DNA of 64,000 bases from Eledone cirrhosa. Its lineage: Eukaryota. Below the pieces are notes generated by a model. It was not told the DNA's origin. It saw only the letters and a program-made list of their open reading frames with translations, and ran no database searches. How positions within the stretch are numbered: the stretch's first letter is position 1; each line of letters opens with the position of its first letter. Below are positions 25,811-39,915 of the stretch, piece by piece. A program made the position numbers and the translations under genes. The stretch is taken from the NCBI GenBank assembly GCA_964016885.1, contig OZ024742.1:238266001-238330000 (forward strand), in the 5' to 3' direction.

Positions 25811-27199
25811 CCAGCACGTGGGACCCCATTTGCTCACCATACAGAGAGATGGGGAGGGCGAGAGAGATGGAGGTGATGACAGTGGGAGTTCGGCCCTTCC
25901 ACGTTCGGACCATATCCTTGTGGTTGTGTTCATTATCTCTATAGAAGATCTACACACTGGTACTATATCCTACTTCCCTATCCACTACTTAAAATAATAA
26001 ACTAACTTATATTAGAAAAACTTGGAGCATGTAATAAGAGAGTTTCTGGAACACCTGGTAGCAACAGGAAAGTTAATAAGAAAAAAGAGTAGAGGTAGGC
26101 AAATATTAAATCTCATGGGTGGGTTAAGGCTGAAGTGTTGTTGATGCCTAAGAATTGATGTTTTGGTAATACCTTATTGGGGATGGGAAGGCACCGAACC
26201 ATTGAACAGAAAGAGAAAAGGATTCAAAAGCTGCTCGTACTCAATAGCGAATCACAGCTACTATGTTTATGTATGTATGTATAGATAGATGGATGTATAG
26301 ATGAATGGATGGATATATATATGTATATGTATGTTTCTCAGCTGAAAATGAGTACCAGCAATAGCTGGAGGTTTAACCCTGCGATGGACTGGCGTCCTGT
26401 CCAGGGGGCAGTCTTGTACTCTCAGTCGCTTCACGCCATGAAACCGGGATAAACACCAGCCAAATGAGCCTCTGGCTTAAGACAGACTTTAGACTTTTTT
26501 GTATATGTATGTTTGAATGTATGGATGGATGGATATATGTATGGATGTATGGATATATGTATTATGTACTTATGTGGGAATGTTTGTTCCCTCAGGTCTT
26601 GAATAATCGACACCCACCCACCCCAGCCTATTAAATGCTGCTAATCTATCTCCGGCGAAATCTTTTTGTAAGTGATTCATATTGATACATCAGCTGAAGA
26701 ATATAATAATTGTTTTATTTTACATTTAAAAACATTGTATATGACAAAAAGAGAACATTACAAGATATTTACGAATGTACACAATACAATTATAGATCCC
26801 CCCCCCCCCCCCGTCCCGTCCCTGCTTATAAGAATTTAAGCAAATGTCCAATTCCCCTGCTTATTCCAACCACCCCTATTATTTGGGACCCGAGAGTATG
26901 TATGTATATATGTATGTATCCCAGTACATTCTATTTATGATCGGGTCGTCGGCAACTAAACCTGCAACCCTCCAGGCCTGCTTGGGGAGGAGGGTGATTT
27001 TGGACATCCTGCGGGATGAAAAACAAAACCCTTCAAAGGCAGAGAAACTCAGGAGAGTTAGCGGTCATCCAATAAAGTATGTACATATGTATATATGCTT
27101 TTATATAATAAATATCTTTCTTTATTAACACATTTTAATCAATTTCATTGTTTAACTTTTTTTCCTACTTAAATTCTTGAATTTTTTAACATTCTTAAC

Positions 27200-29308
27200 T
27201 TTTTTAATGGGACAGTGTAGTGAGAGACCCCTATTCTTCATTTAAGACATCTCTCTAGGAGAAGGTCATTCTGATGTAAAACCTACGACTTCGTTTGCAT
27301 CCAATGATGTAGACTAGTTCTACTTTTTTGGTAAATGCATTCGATGTTCAGAGAGTGGGACTGGCTCTGTGCAAAGCCTTTCCTCACTTAAAAAAACTTC
27401 ACGCACAGGCATCGTTTGACATCTTTTGTGTTGCATGGCATGGCTAGCCGTAGCTGAAAAGGCATTACCCCATAATGATGAGATTTAATACTTTTCAGAC
27501 CAATGGCAATAAGAGCTCTGGAACGGATAGTGAAAGGGTCTCGTCCGGCAAGTGTCACGGGGCACTGCAGCCTGGGCCCAGTCTTCGTCCTGCTACGAGA
27601 AATATCGAGTTTAAGCGTTTGAATATTGGGTGCTAGAATGTTCGCACCTTATTAGATTCTCAGTCTTTTACAATACGTCCTGAAAGAAAATCAGCACTGG
27701 TAGTCAAAGAGCTGCAGCGATACAACATGAACGTAGTGGCCTTGTCTGAAACGAGACACACTCTGAAAAAGACCACTTCATAGAACAGTTTGATGGTTAC
27801 ACCTTTTATTGGAGAGGAAGAGCAGAAGGATGCAAGAGGGTGGCTGGTGTAGCATTTGTCGTTAAGGATTCTCTAAGCTAGAGGATATTCCATGTGGATT
27901 AACTGATCGCCTCATGTCAATGAGAATTTCATTATCAAAGAACAGGTTCGACACTCTAGTGAGTGTATACGCTCCAACCATGAGTTCCTCTGAGGATTTA
28001 AACTCTTATAAGTTGTCATTCTGAGTAACTTCAACGCAAGAGTGTGCAAGGATTATGAAACCTGGGATGTGCTTCGAAAAAATACAGTTGGAAGGTGCAA
28101 TATCAATGGTTTGCTGCTTCAAATGTGTTAGGAGTTGGAGCTGTGGATAGCAAACACCCTGTTTCATCAGATACATAAATACAAAACAACCTGGATGCAC
28201 CCAGGCTCAAAGCAGTGGCACAGGATTGATTATGTTCTTGTTCGTGATGTGTGAAGTATCAGGGTTATGCGGGGAGCTGAAAGTTGGACTGATCATCGTC
28301 TAGTTCGTGCAAAGGTGAAGTTTACCGTGAAAGCAAAGTTTAGGGTCCAAAAAAAGTAAATGTGGCTCGTTTAAAAAATGATGTCATCAAGTAAGAGCTG
28401 CTGAAGATATGTTGAATGGAAAGAATTCAAAACATCTGTGTATGAAGTCTGCAAGGATGTTCTGGGTTTAGTGGGAAGAAAACATCAAGACTAGTTTGAT
28501 GAGAATAACAAAGAGGTTTAGAGGCTTTTAAATGAAACGAAGACAGTGATAACAAAAGTGCTAGCTGGTAGACCAGAAATTAGTAAGAATAATGATATGC
28601 TCAAGATGGTAAAGTATAAAGTACAGTGTAGTCTTCGTAGTATGCAAGATAAGTGGTAGAGGAATAAAACGGAGGAGATTCAGAGGGCCTTTGACTCCAA
28701 CAACACAAAGTTGCTGTATAATTTTTGCGGGAAGTGTATAGGCTGTTATCCTCTCTAGTTGCACATCTTCGCACTTAGGATGGCAAAGAATTGCTTGGGG
28801 ATCCAAAGGACATTCTTGTCAGGTGGCACGAACACTTTGACAGACCTTTGAATAAGCTCTCTGAAGTTGATGACGACTTTGTCAACACCATTCCCTGCAG
28901 ACGCACCAAAGATGTAATGACAGAAACTCTTTCCCTAGAGGAAGTCCAAACTGCTATGATAAAGCTGAATAGTGGTAAGTTACCTGTGCTGAAATCTTCA
29001 AACGTGGAAGTGAAAATCTACTTCGTCTAACTACCTTAATCCAAAAGGTTTGGGTTGAAGAGAGAGTCCCACATGAATAGAAAGATGCACTAATTGGGGT
29101 TCTCTACCTAACCAAAGCAGAGGAAGTGGAGCTGGATCGGACATACCCTCAGGAAACCAGCATCCAACACCACATGCCAAGCCCTTATCTGAAACTCGTA
29201 GAGGAAGAGGAAGAGAGGCCGGCCCCGCGCCAACTGGAGGCGTGTACGATGGCGGAGTGTCATCAATGGCCCATGCTCCTCAGAAAGCGATAGGGCTGAA
29301 TGAATGAC
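27200..29308 (+). mobile_element. Decayed RTE (BovB-like) LINE with large internal deletion
   Basis: APE motifs NVRTLLD..RPERKSALVVKELQRYN..VVALSETR, VSVYAPT, TTWMHPGSKQWHRIDYVL, WTDHRLV. 3' end WIGHTLRK...KRKRGRP and (TGAA)n tail. Many stops. Confidence 0.85.
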
Positions 29309-29371
29309 ATATACATATGTTTCTATATCTACCCGTGTGTGTGTGTTTGTATGAGTGTGTGTGTGTTAGTA

Positions 29372-29459
<88 letters not shown>

Positions 29460-29904
29460 TATGAGTGTGTGTGTGTTAGATGTATGTGCGTGTGTGTGTG
29501 TGTGTGTGTGTGTTTAGTTAAATATACATGTCAAATTTCTGGAATGGTTAAAATATTTTACAGTTCCATTAATAGAGTGTATTTGCAATTCCCCAATTAG
29601 CTGTGCCCTTTCTAGTTTTGGGAAGCCCAGTTTCTCAGGATTTGTGCTGAGACATTTAGTAACATATTCAAGTGCCTCACTGATCACAGATACAAATCGA
29701 AAATTATAGTCAATGTGGGGTTCCTGCAGATTCCTCATTTGGAATATATGTATGTATGTGTGTGTGTGTGTGTGTGTGTGTATAGGGCGGAAGAACTCAT
29801 AAGAGTCAAGGGCCATCCAAAAGTGTGTAAATATGTATATACACATGTACATATGTATGTATATGTATGTGTATATACATGGGTGCATGTGTATGTATAT
29901 GCGC

Positions 29905-30230
29905 GGGGACTTAGAAATAGTCGGGCTGGACACCCAATCGCGCAGTTAAACCACTGGGAGTGAAAAACCCCTACCCTTTGTCAGAGCATTCTTCTAGGAG
30001 AAGGTAACTCAGGAGACTGGGATAACTCCGACATAAAATCTGTGGCTCAGTAGTTACCTATGGTGTTGATCTTTTCTTCTTTTCGGGTTATAGCTACTGT
30101 CGCTCAGAGAGTGGGATTGGCTCAGTGCATAGTATTTCTTCACTTTAACTAAAATCTTCATGCCCAGGCATTACCCGATAGAATTAATTAATAATTATTA
30201 ATAATGGTATATCGTGCAATGGCCATACTC
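29905..30230 (+). mobile_element. Isolated RTE 5'-UTR-like segment related to 27240-27480
   Basis: Shares ctaggagaagg and gagagtggga.tggctc.gtgca...cactt....aa.cttca.gc.caggcat with the 27200 LINE leader. Confidence 0.55.
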
Positions 30231-30806
30231 GATAACGAGGGGGCAGCCATCATATATTTATGTAGGAAAATTTTACTGAGTTTCTCCTTTTCGATCTTCG
30301 ATCCATAGCGAATTAACCAGTATTATAACCCCACACAGGAAAAAGAACAACAGCAAAAATCTATAGGAAACTATAGAAAACTACAGAAAAATATTTGAAA
30401 ATGTCGCAACACACTCCGTTTCTATTTTTACATAACTGAAAAGATGTATAGTTTGCAATAAGATTCCATTAACTTTTACCTGAGATCCGAACTTTTTGCG
30501 TTATGCAGACACCTACGAAAATATCTTTCAGTGCATTATAAACCACCTTAATGCATAACACATGCTTCGTTTTAACTGGATATTGATTCAGATTTGTGTG
30601 ACATTACATGTATTTTGTTAACTCTTCTTACCCTTCTTTCCTTGAAGAGCTCCCATTGCATTTCATATAACTATGCATAAATATTACGTTTTAGTAAGTG
30701 AAGTATGTAGGCATTTGCGTGCATATACGTGTGTATTTATGTACGCATGTTAATATATGCGTGTATATGTATATATGTGTGTGTATACGCACACACACAC
30801 ACACAC

Positions 30807-30849
<43 letters not shown>

Positions 30850-31699
30850 GACCTTCTTACTTCCAGCAACAGCAGTTCTGTGGAATTTAGTATGCATCAC
30901 GCCATCTTATTTTCTTCTGTTCTAATGCTGTCTTCACACCCTATCAGCCCTCCTCCTCCTCTTCTTTTTTTTTTTCGGTACATATAATCTTTCTGTGTCG
31001 CTCTTTGGGTGAAATACTCCATATCTAGACAATATATTTCTTGTCTTTCAGTCTAAACTGTTTAACTTTTCCACTGTCCACGTGATTACCCCCAACTTTA
31101 AGGAGTAATACCACCCATGTATTGAAAGCAGTATATGTCCGAAGAAATTATGCAATCAGCTACTAGGTTGTTTGCAGGGTGTGTGGGTACTGAAAGTTGT
31201 TGTCCAGTTATCTAGTTAAAATGGCGGGAGGGGATTTGTCATGGCTCCTTAGTTTAAAGGTTAAAGCGTCTAGCCTGTATCTGGATGATATGAGGTCCAA
31301 TTCTTCATAGCAGCCGATGGCAACTTCTTTTTCCGTCTTTTAAGCTATTTTATAAGCTATCTTTAAAGCATTTCTGCACTTGAGTACTTTATTTACTTAT
31401 ATATATTCATATATTCTCATCGCTTCAAAAGCTGAAAATTCGGCTTCGTACATTGTTTGTTTATATACGGATGTCTGTCTGTCAATCTCTCTACCTGCTG
31501 ACATCTGAAAGCTGTTGTTCAGTTATCTAGTAATGACGCGAAAGGATTTGTCAAGGTCCCTTAGCTTAAAGGTTGAAGCGTCTAAATGTTACACTGTACT
31601 AATGTAGTGAGAACCTTTTTAACTAGTTACTAGTTACTAGTTACTAGTTTAATATGTTACATAGCACAATACCGTGCCCCTTATAACAATCTCTACGGA

Positions 31700-31945
31700 A
31701 TGATGTTAACCAAACTTAACATAGATACTTCTATGAAGAACATTGCCATTACACCAAAGAGACTATACCTAAAAACTCTAATCAGGGGACAGATGACTCC
31801 ATCAAGAGGATCAGATGGAGAGCCTTTTTCTTCGACCAACCTGATATAGCATCGACGAATGATGCAAAGTTTGGATTTAAAACCAACAAGGCACCACCTA
31901 TCAACTGCTTGTTAGAACCATTCGATGAACTTTTCCGAATGATTA
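31700..31945 (+). pseudogene. N-terminal fragment of a Naiad-type Penelope-like ORF
   Basis: SMKNIAI..K..YLK.LI / IKRIRWRAFFF / FGFKTNKAPP...LEPF match the PLE N-terminal pattern SLKNIP..Y...LI...IKRMRWKAFFF..YGFKS..PP..L..FE. Confidence 0.6.
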
Positions 31946-31974
31946 TATATATATATATATTTACACACATACAC

Positions 31975-32121
<147 letters not shown>

Positions 32122-32699
32122 CTAGCAGTGATACCCGGCGTTACACGGGATAAGGTATTTTGGAACGCGGGTCGCCAACAGACCTAATCGTAGAAAAACT
32201 GCAAGCCTGGATAATATATAAAGAAAATAAACCGAATACTCTGATGGCTGGATAATCTAAGATTTTCCTCGATGAAGCAGGAAAAAGACAGGTTTCACCT
32301 AATGCGGGCCCTAGGGGATCAAGAAAATGAATTTTTTTTAAGTGCATAGTATGCTTTGAAATTTCGGGAAAATCGGCTAGACGTAGCGCCTCAAAATAGC
32401 CCTAAAAAGCTGAAAAAAAGGAAGTTTTTCACCTAATGAGGGCCCTAAGCCATAACAAAGTTGGATTTGCTTTGCTCACGGTATGAAGAAGAGACTGACT
32501 AATACATAGTTACAATTTCAAGGAAATCGGTCTGACGTAACATCTCAAAAAACCCCTAAAAAGCTGGAAAAACGTAATTTTTCACCTAATGCGTGCCCTA
32601 GGGGATCAAAAAGTTGAATTTGTTTATGTGCATAACACTCCCTGAAATATAAGTAATACACATGTAAAGTTTGAAAAATATCGGGTGGGTACTTCTCGG

Positions 32700-32704
<5 letters not shown>
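32122..32704 (-). mobile_element. Non-autonomous Helitron, same family as 44594-45184
   Basis: Minus-strand 3' end TATCCCGTGTAACGCCGGGTATCACTGCTAG|T. Three internal repeats of tttcacctaatg.g.gccctag. Microsatellites on both sides. Confidence 0.75.
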
Positions 32705-32753
<49 letters not shown>

Positions 32754-34682
32754 TGCATACACACATACACACACACACACATACATACATACATACATAC
32801 ATACATACATACATACATACATACATACATACATACATAAACCATATTGTTGCAAACGAACTCTTTAATCATAGAATCATGCCAGCGCCTATTATTGCTC
32901 GTGTAATCATCAACTGCTTTAATTCTGTATATATCTTTTTCAACTTACAAATAACATGCTTGCTTATTTACCGATTGTAGGCCATCTTATACATTTGTCC
33001 ATCAGAGAAAATAGATATCTGCCACGGGAAGTAAACCAATTACATACATATCTATAGTAAAGTGAACTGCCAGCTACCTTGGCAAACTAACTGTCCATTC
33101 ATCAAAACTAATTTCTTAGTCTATTCTTATATATTAAAAGCAACGTACATAACGTTTGTCAGACTGGATTTAATCCAAGAGAAATGCCTCTGTGTCTGAG
33201 TGTATATATATATATGTAACTCTTTAAAATGCACATACACCCATGCCCTCCTACATACTCACACATACATACCCACAATGCATTACCTATTTGAGTCATA
33301 TTTCTGCAATAAGAAGTTCGCTTTCCAGTCACAAGGACATGAGTTCTAACGATATATTATTTTTTCCTTGTAATTATTTATTGTGGGCTTCTTTGGCTTT
33401 AGGTAGTTTCAAGCTACAGATAACTAGATGGTGATCAGTTGACAGCTCAGCCCCTCTTTTAACACGAACATCCAGCACAGAATCGAAGAGATGAGAGATA
33501 ATAACAAAATCAATTATTAATCTTTGTCACTGATTCCCCTTATATCATGTATATTTATGGATGTCTCTAAGCTGGAAGATGTTCATAATAGAGAGTCCAT
33601 TGCTACAACAGAAGTCAAATATGGCCTCTCCATTCGTATTTAGATACGTCAGGTTGTCATAACATGTCAGGTTGTCACAACACGTGCATTGAAGTCTTCC
33701 ATCAGGATATATGACTCAGTCTTAACTACATCTAACGCTGCAGTGACTTCATCAAAGAAGGACTTATATTTGGGCTCCTTGCTTGGTGCATAAACTTGCA
33801 CCACACACATCTTTCAGCCTAAGCTTCAAGAAGCAAATCCTCCCTCCTAATGGGATCCAGTCCATAACACATTCTGACAGCCGGGGGCTTGTGAGTATCC
33901 CCACTCCTGCCTGTACAATCATTTCTGGCGCCACATCTTCCATCCAAATCTACAGTATTAGAGCCACGTAACTTTGTTGGGGAAACCCAGAAGAAGAATT
34001 ATTTCTCCAATGTTATTCATCCATTTAATACTGTATGACATTTGTAAATATATAGTGAACATTAGAACTAAATTATTAAAATATCATTATTATATTTAAT
34101 TACTTCTGTGTTAGTAATACATTCAAACTATAGGCTTTCTCTAACGCAAGTCATTAATTTATCAAAACGCAAATTTCCCTGTGTGTATGATAGTTCATAT
34201 ATCCAGTAATCCTGGAAATATAACATATCAAGCCTTGTCTACAAAAATGAAGTACATTCAACGCTATTGTTGTCATTGGTGACACGGGTTCACTGGTTTT
34301 ATCCTTATGATATTGATACAACTAGAATTAGTGTCTGGATTTTAATTCAGTTTTACTTTATATATTTTCTCTGTTCAATGGTTTATTAATATTCTTTTAT
34401 TATTGTACTGGTTTCAGTCATTCAACTGCGGCCATGCTAGGGCACTGCCTTGAAGGAGATTTAGTCGACCATACCGACACCATAACTTCTTTTCAAGACT
34501 GTGGTTTACTTTATCCATATATTTTTTGTCGAATCGTTAAATTAAGGGACATAGGCACACATGTAGACATAAATATACACGCGCGCACACACACACACAC
34601 ACATACACACACACACATTCACACACACATACACCCACACACATGCACACACACAAACGCACACATACACACACACACACAT

Positions 34683-34742
<60 letters not shown>

Positions 34743-35624
34743 ACTCACACACACACACGCACACACAAACATACCGAATTTCACTCACATGAGTGAAATT
34801 TTAGTTGTACCTGTAATTTAAAGGGATGGCTTTCTTTTTTTGTCACACACTGTGTCGTACTGAATCCCCCTGTGCGTTACGTTAAGAGTACCCATGTCTG
34901 TTAAATGCTCAACCTCTTGCACGTTAATTTCATGAGCCGACTGTTGTGGTGATCAAACAACTGGAACACTCCTCGTCGAAACCGACGGAGGTCTGTTCCT
35001 AAATAACTTAACGATTTGGTGTTTCTGTTCAGTGGATTTCTTTCGCTCGAAGTAAATTAATTACTAGGAACAGGACGAGATATTTGGCGAAGGTATTATT
35101 ATGTTCAGGTCACTGATTCTAAATATTTTATTTGACGAACAGCTTCACAATCACTGCCAAATAAGAATATTTTTATTTCATCAGTTTTATCTTCGTTAAT
35201 TTAGTTTTTTAGCCGGAGGTTTAATCTTCTATCGGTGTTGATTATTATTATATTTATTCATTTTAAGTGTCTGTTACTCCGAGCTTGCAATAGAAATAAA
35301 TTTAGATGAAATCTTTGAGAATGAACACTATCAATAAATAACCAGTGACTTATTGAACTCAGCAGATAAATTATTCTGTCTTCGTGTCCAAATATGATAT
35401 ATATGATTAATTGGCTTCTATCATTGATGATATTTTAAATGTAAATTCAATATTTCCTAATAACATACAGATTTTAGAATATGTGTATTTTGCCTTCAAG
35501 ACAAATTATAGGAAATATTTAGATTGATTTCAACCCCTAATTCCGTATGTCCTGGTTTAATACCATTCAGCAACATATTAGAGGTGAATGTGAAGGTAAA
35601 TATATGTTTATGTATAATTGTTTT

Positions 35625-35810
35625 TATTTTGGCACAAGGCGAGCAATTTGAAAGGAAGCGGAAAGTCGATTAAATCGACCCCAGTGTGTTACTGATACTT
35701 TATTCTATCGACCCCGTAAGGATGAAAGACAAAGCTAACCTTGGCAGGATTTGAACTCAGAACGTAAAGAGTCGTGAATATATGCCGCAAAGCATATTTT
35801 CCGACACTTT
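35625..35810 (-). mobile_element. SINE, family A-related
   Basis: Reverse complement of the core and B box. Confidence 0.7.
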
Positions 35811-37189
35811 ACTGCCTCACCCAACCCACTGCCCTATGTTTATGTATAATAAACATATATGTCTCACTATGACTGTTTTACCTGCAATCATGTCAGTGCT
35901 ACTGTTCATTATTTTGCAACAGTATTTATATATCAATAGAAAATTAGAATTCATTGAAAATTTCAGATTTAATTGCATATATTTATAAATAGGAAGAGAG
36001 AAAAAAGGGGGGATAATTTGAAAAAAGGGAGAGAAATAGATAGGGGTACACTCCACACCTTTGCCTGGATAATTACATCTCCACTAGGCTCCGCTGACAT
36101 GATGGTGGAAGCATAGCCATGGAGAATAACCAGAGTTACCTGCTATATCAATCATTCCACCTTACCTGGGAAATTCTACACATTTCGCTCAAGAATACAT
36201 CTCAGCTGCGCCCCACGGACAAGCTGGCGAAATTATTGCCACGGAGAATAGTCAGCGAATACCTGCTAATTTAACGAGGATTAACGCAGGTATGGCTGAC
36301 TAGTTAAAAAATTCTCTTCACAATAATGAGGTCCCGGGTTTGATTCCATTGCATGGCAAGTCTCTTTAAGGCTTTTCCCGTTTTGAAGAGTGTGAGGTGT
36401 CATTTGAAGGATATTTAGCTATTATTTATGACAAATCGAGTGATTATAGAAATGCGGTCTGGATGAGTGGATAAAAACTTCATAGATGCTTGTCGGATGT
36501 ATTTTGCCTGTAATTCAACGATCAAACTTGATACATATTGTGTCACACTGATTTGCTGTGGAAATTATGTTAAGGGCACACATATCTGTGGAATACTCAA
36601 CCACTTGCACGTTAATTTACGAGTTGGATATTCAGTTGATCGAACAGAAGGGTGTAATTTAAAAGGAATTTGACTGCTATTTCTAGCACGGTTTTATCAT
36701 ACTCACTAACAATTTATATGTTGTTGTTTGTAATGGACGAAAGTTTTATAGTATCTCACCAAGATGTACCACAATTAATATTAACATCAAACATGAAATA
36801 TTGAAACTAACGTTATTAACTTACAATATTTCCAGGAAATACATGATAAATGTAAAAGCGGGTGATACGCTGTGTGCTTCATCAATGCAATTCGTTTTAT
36901 GTTGCTCTAGTCCACTTTAACTACAGGTTAGCTTTGCAACGAACTGACATCTCGACCAGAAACGGAAAAGTTTTGTACTCTCAATCACGTAACGCCTATG
37001 AAACCGGAATAAACTCTGTGCTTCACCTGTGCAAGCATGGCAAAATAGACATAACTGTAACCAACAACATAATAATCGTTATATTATAGCATATGATTAC
37101 GAAACAACTACTTTGTAATAATGGATAGTATCCAGGAAGTAGTTATGCTATGAAGAAAGAAAAAAAAAGTTCTTATTATTATACAGCTA

Positions 37190-37335
37190 ATATTACTGGT
37201 ACCACTGCTGTTGTAGCTTCAACTACAACTACTTCTGCTACTATTCCTCTACTGTTACTGCTAACTCTGCTGCTACTACTACTGCTACTACTACTACTAC
37301 TGCTACTACTGCTACTACATCTGCTACTACTACTG

Positions 37336-37373
<38 letters not shown>

Positions 37374-37505
37374 GTTGCTGCTACTGCTGCTGCTTCTGCT
37401 ACGACTACTACTATTACAATAGCTAATACTACTATTTCCACCACTACTGCTACTTCTACTACTACTGCTACGAAGAAGAAGAAGAAGAAGAAGAAGAAGA
37501 ATTGA
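37190..37505. repeat. (CTA/CTG)n and (GAA)n trinucleotide tract
   Basis: Directly visible. Confidence 0.9.
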
Positions 37506-37829
37506 AGCTTAATAGTCAAAGGAAACTCGTAGATTTGAAGAGTACTATGCTAGTACCTCTAATATTTTCTGCTGTGGTTTTTCTTTTAATGGATGACATT
37601 TTATAGTATCTCTCCAAAATATAATCATTTGTTGAAGGTTGTATAACTATTAACATTGATGTTAAACATAAACTATTGAAACTAACGCTATTTATCACCC
37701 CGTTCAATGACGGTAGCTGTTCAAGATGTATGTGTATTAATAGTGCCATAGAAATGTTTGGCATACTTTCAAGTAAATGTTTAAGACCAAATAGAGAATT
37801 CTACCATAACGTTTCCAGTTCATATATTG

Positions 37830-38330
37830 ATTTCTAATTTAGGCTCATAACCAGCAAATTTGGGGGCGGGGATAACAAAGTTGATTAAATCAACCTCAGT
37901 ACTTAGCTGATACTTTATTTTAACGACAACGGAAGGATAAAAGGCAAAGTTGACCTTGGTGGGATTTGAACTCAGAACGTAAAGAGCCAGAACAAATACC
38001 GCAAAGGCATTTTATCTGCTGCTTTACTCATTCTGTCAATCAGCCACTCTGTTTCCATTATATATATATATATGATAAACGAGATGATGTGTGGCCTAGT
38101 GCTTATTGTGGTAGGTACACGATCATAAAATAATCGGTTCGATTCACTCAGTTCACTCAGCTGAAAATTAGTACCAGCGGTGGGCAGAGAGTTAACTCTA
38201 CAACGGAATGGCGTCCTGTCCAGTGATTAATCTTGTACTCTCAGACGTTGAACGCCCATGGAACCGGGATAAGCTCCAGGCTTCATTCAATCAAGCTGTG
38301 AAAAGCATGGAAAAATGGACGTTAAACATA
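37830..38330. mobile_element. Divergent pair of SINEs: family A (-) and family B (+)
   Basis: Family A reverse complement at 37830-38045. Family B head, core and LINE-like tail at 38085-38330. Confidence 0.65.
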
Positions 38331-39228
38331 GTAACCAACGGCAATAGTTGCGTTTTATACTGCGACCCAACATGCCTTTATGTCCAAATGATATCGTTTC
38401 TCTCAATTTATTTTTTCTAGATTTCTTCTTAATATCATGAACAATTATATTTATTTTGCGACTCACGAATGAGTCGGGACCCTCACTTTGAAAAACCATG
38501 GTCTAACTTATTTATGATAAACAGTCTGATAAAGCTACGCTGGGCTTTATTTAACTGAGATACAGCAACAACAACAATAAAAACAACACACGTCTGTGGA
38601 ATGCTCAGCCACTAACAGGTAAATCCCACAGACATGCTGATCTGTTGATCGAACAACTGAAACGCACATCGTCGAAACCGATGGAGGTCCATTCCTCTAT
38701 ATGATAAATCAATATATTGGAAGATTAGTGTTTTTTAGGTTGGTATTAATGAAAATTAGGTTCTACAAAGACAACTCTCTCTTCCCTGTGAACCAAAATT
38801 AATGAAATAGGCTATATCAATTGAACTAGTAGTTTAATCAATTATGAGAATGTTATATACGTCCAATTTATTTAACTGCAAGTTAAATAACTTTCCTTGA
38901 GACTTTTATATAAGTCCAATATATAAACTTGTCAAGGAAAGCTATAATTAATTAAACTTTTAGTTGCATTGATACAGCCTATTTCATTAAGTTTACGTCT
39001 GGAATGGCTGACAATCCCAGACGTAACTCTCAAAAAGACTCAGCAAAATTCGGTGTTTAACCAGACTGGCCTTTTGAATTACAAGTACACTTCAACGGGT
39101 ATTATACTCATCTTGGGCAAGTGGCTTTACAATTGCCATACCAGTTTTAATAAAGTTTAAGACTTGGCAGTTTGTTCTAGCAGGTTGAGCGACCACGTAG
39201 TCCATATATTGTTTTCAGTCATATCTAT

Positions 39229-39915
39229 CTAGGGCGGGTAAAATTCCCGAGATCCATGGACGAGTTCTCTCCAGCGGTCTCTGTCCCTCAATATCGCTGC
39301 CATGTTCTGCGTCTCCAAGAGGCCAGTGTCTGTCCTTAGGGCATCAACATATGTTAACCTCAATCTTCCTCTTCCACTGTGTCCATGCAGGGGCTCCCAT
39401 AGGAGCAGTGAGTGCAGTGTCAACTCTGGATGTCGGTGAGCCTTTTCAGCTAACCTCAGTCTCCTCTGTGTCACTTTGAGCTGACTTTTGGGAGGCTCCC
39501 GTACAGCTCTGAATTCTTCATCCTCAGTGTATACTGATTAATGTGCATAGCCATCCTCAGCATTCTCGTGTATCACCCATCCACCATCTGAGTCAGTTTA
39601 TTGGTCAGTGTCCAAGTCTCAGACCCGTACAGCAGCACAGACTCCACTACAGCAACGAAAAGGCGAATCTTCGGGTCTTTACAAAGGTCCGACTTCCACA
39701 CCGATCTCAAGCTGTGGCACGCCGCCCAGGCTTTGCTCTTCCTCTCGACCACATCATCTTCCGTATTCCCAATCTTTGCTCCCAAATACAGGAAGTCCTC
39801 AACCAATTCTAGCGGCTTTCCGCCTACATTAGTAATCTTCTCTGGCTTCTTAACATTCTCTACCAGATATTTCGTCTTAATCTCATTCATTCTCAGCCCC
39901 ACACTCATCGACACA
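39229..39915 (-). mobile_element. RTE-type LINE 3' fragment
   Basis: GLRMNEIKTKY, VEDFLYLG, VESVLLYGSETWTLT, LLLWEPLHG...RGR...TYVD. Confidence 0.85.

Noticed and set aside
26940-27075. Possible HDV-like ribozyme in an RTE-type leader
   Set aside because: I could not build the nested double pseudoknot by eye; a descriptor search is needed.
36050-36290. GC-richer island with a twice-repeated gcca.ggagaata..cag...tacctgcta motif
   Set aside because: No splice-bounded frame or family motif recognised; probably an old repeat fragment.
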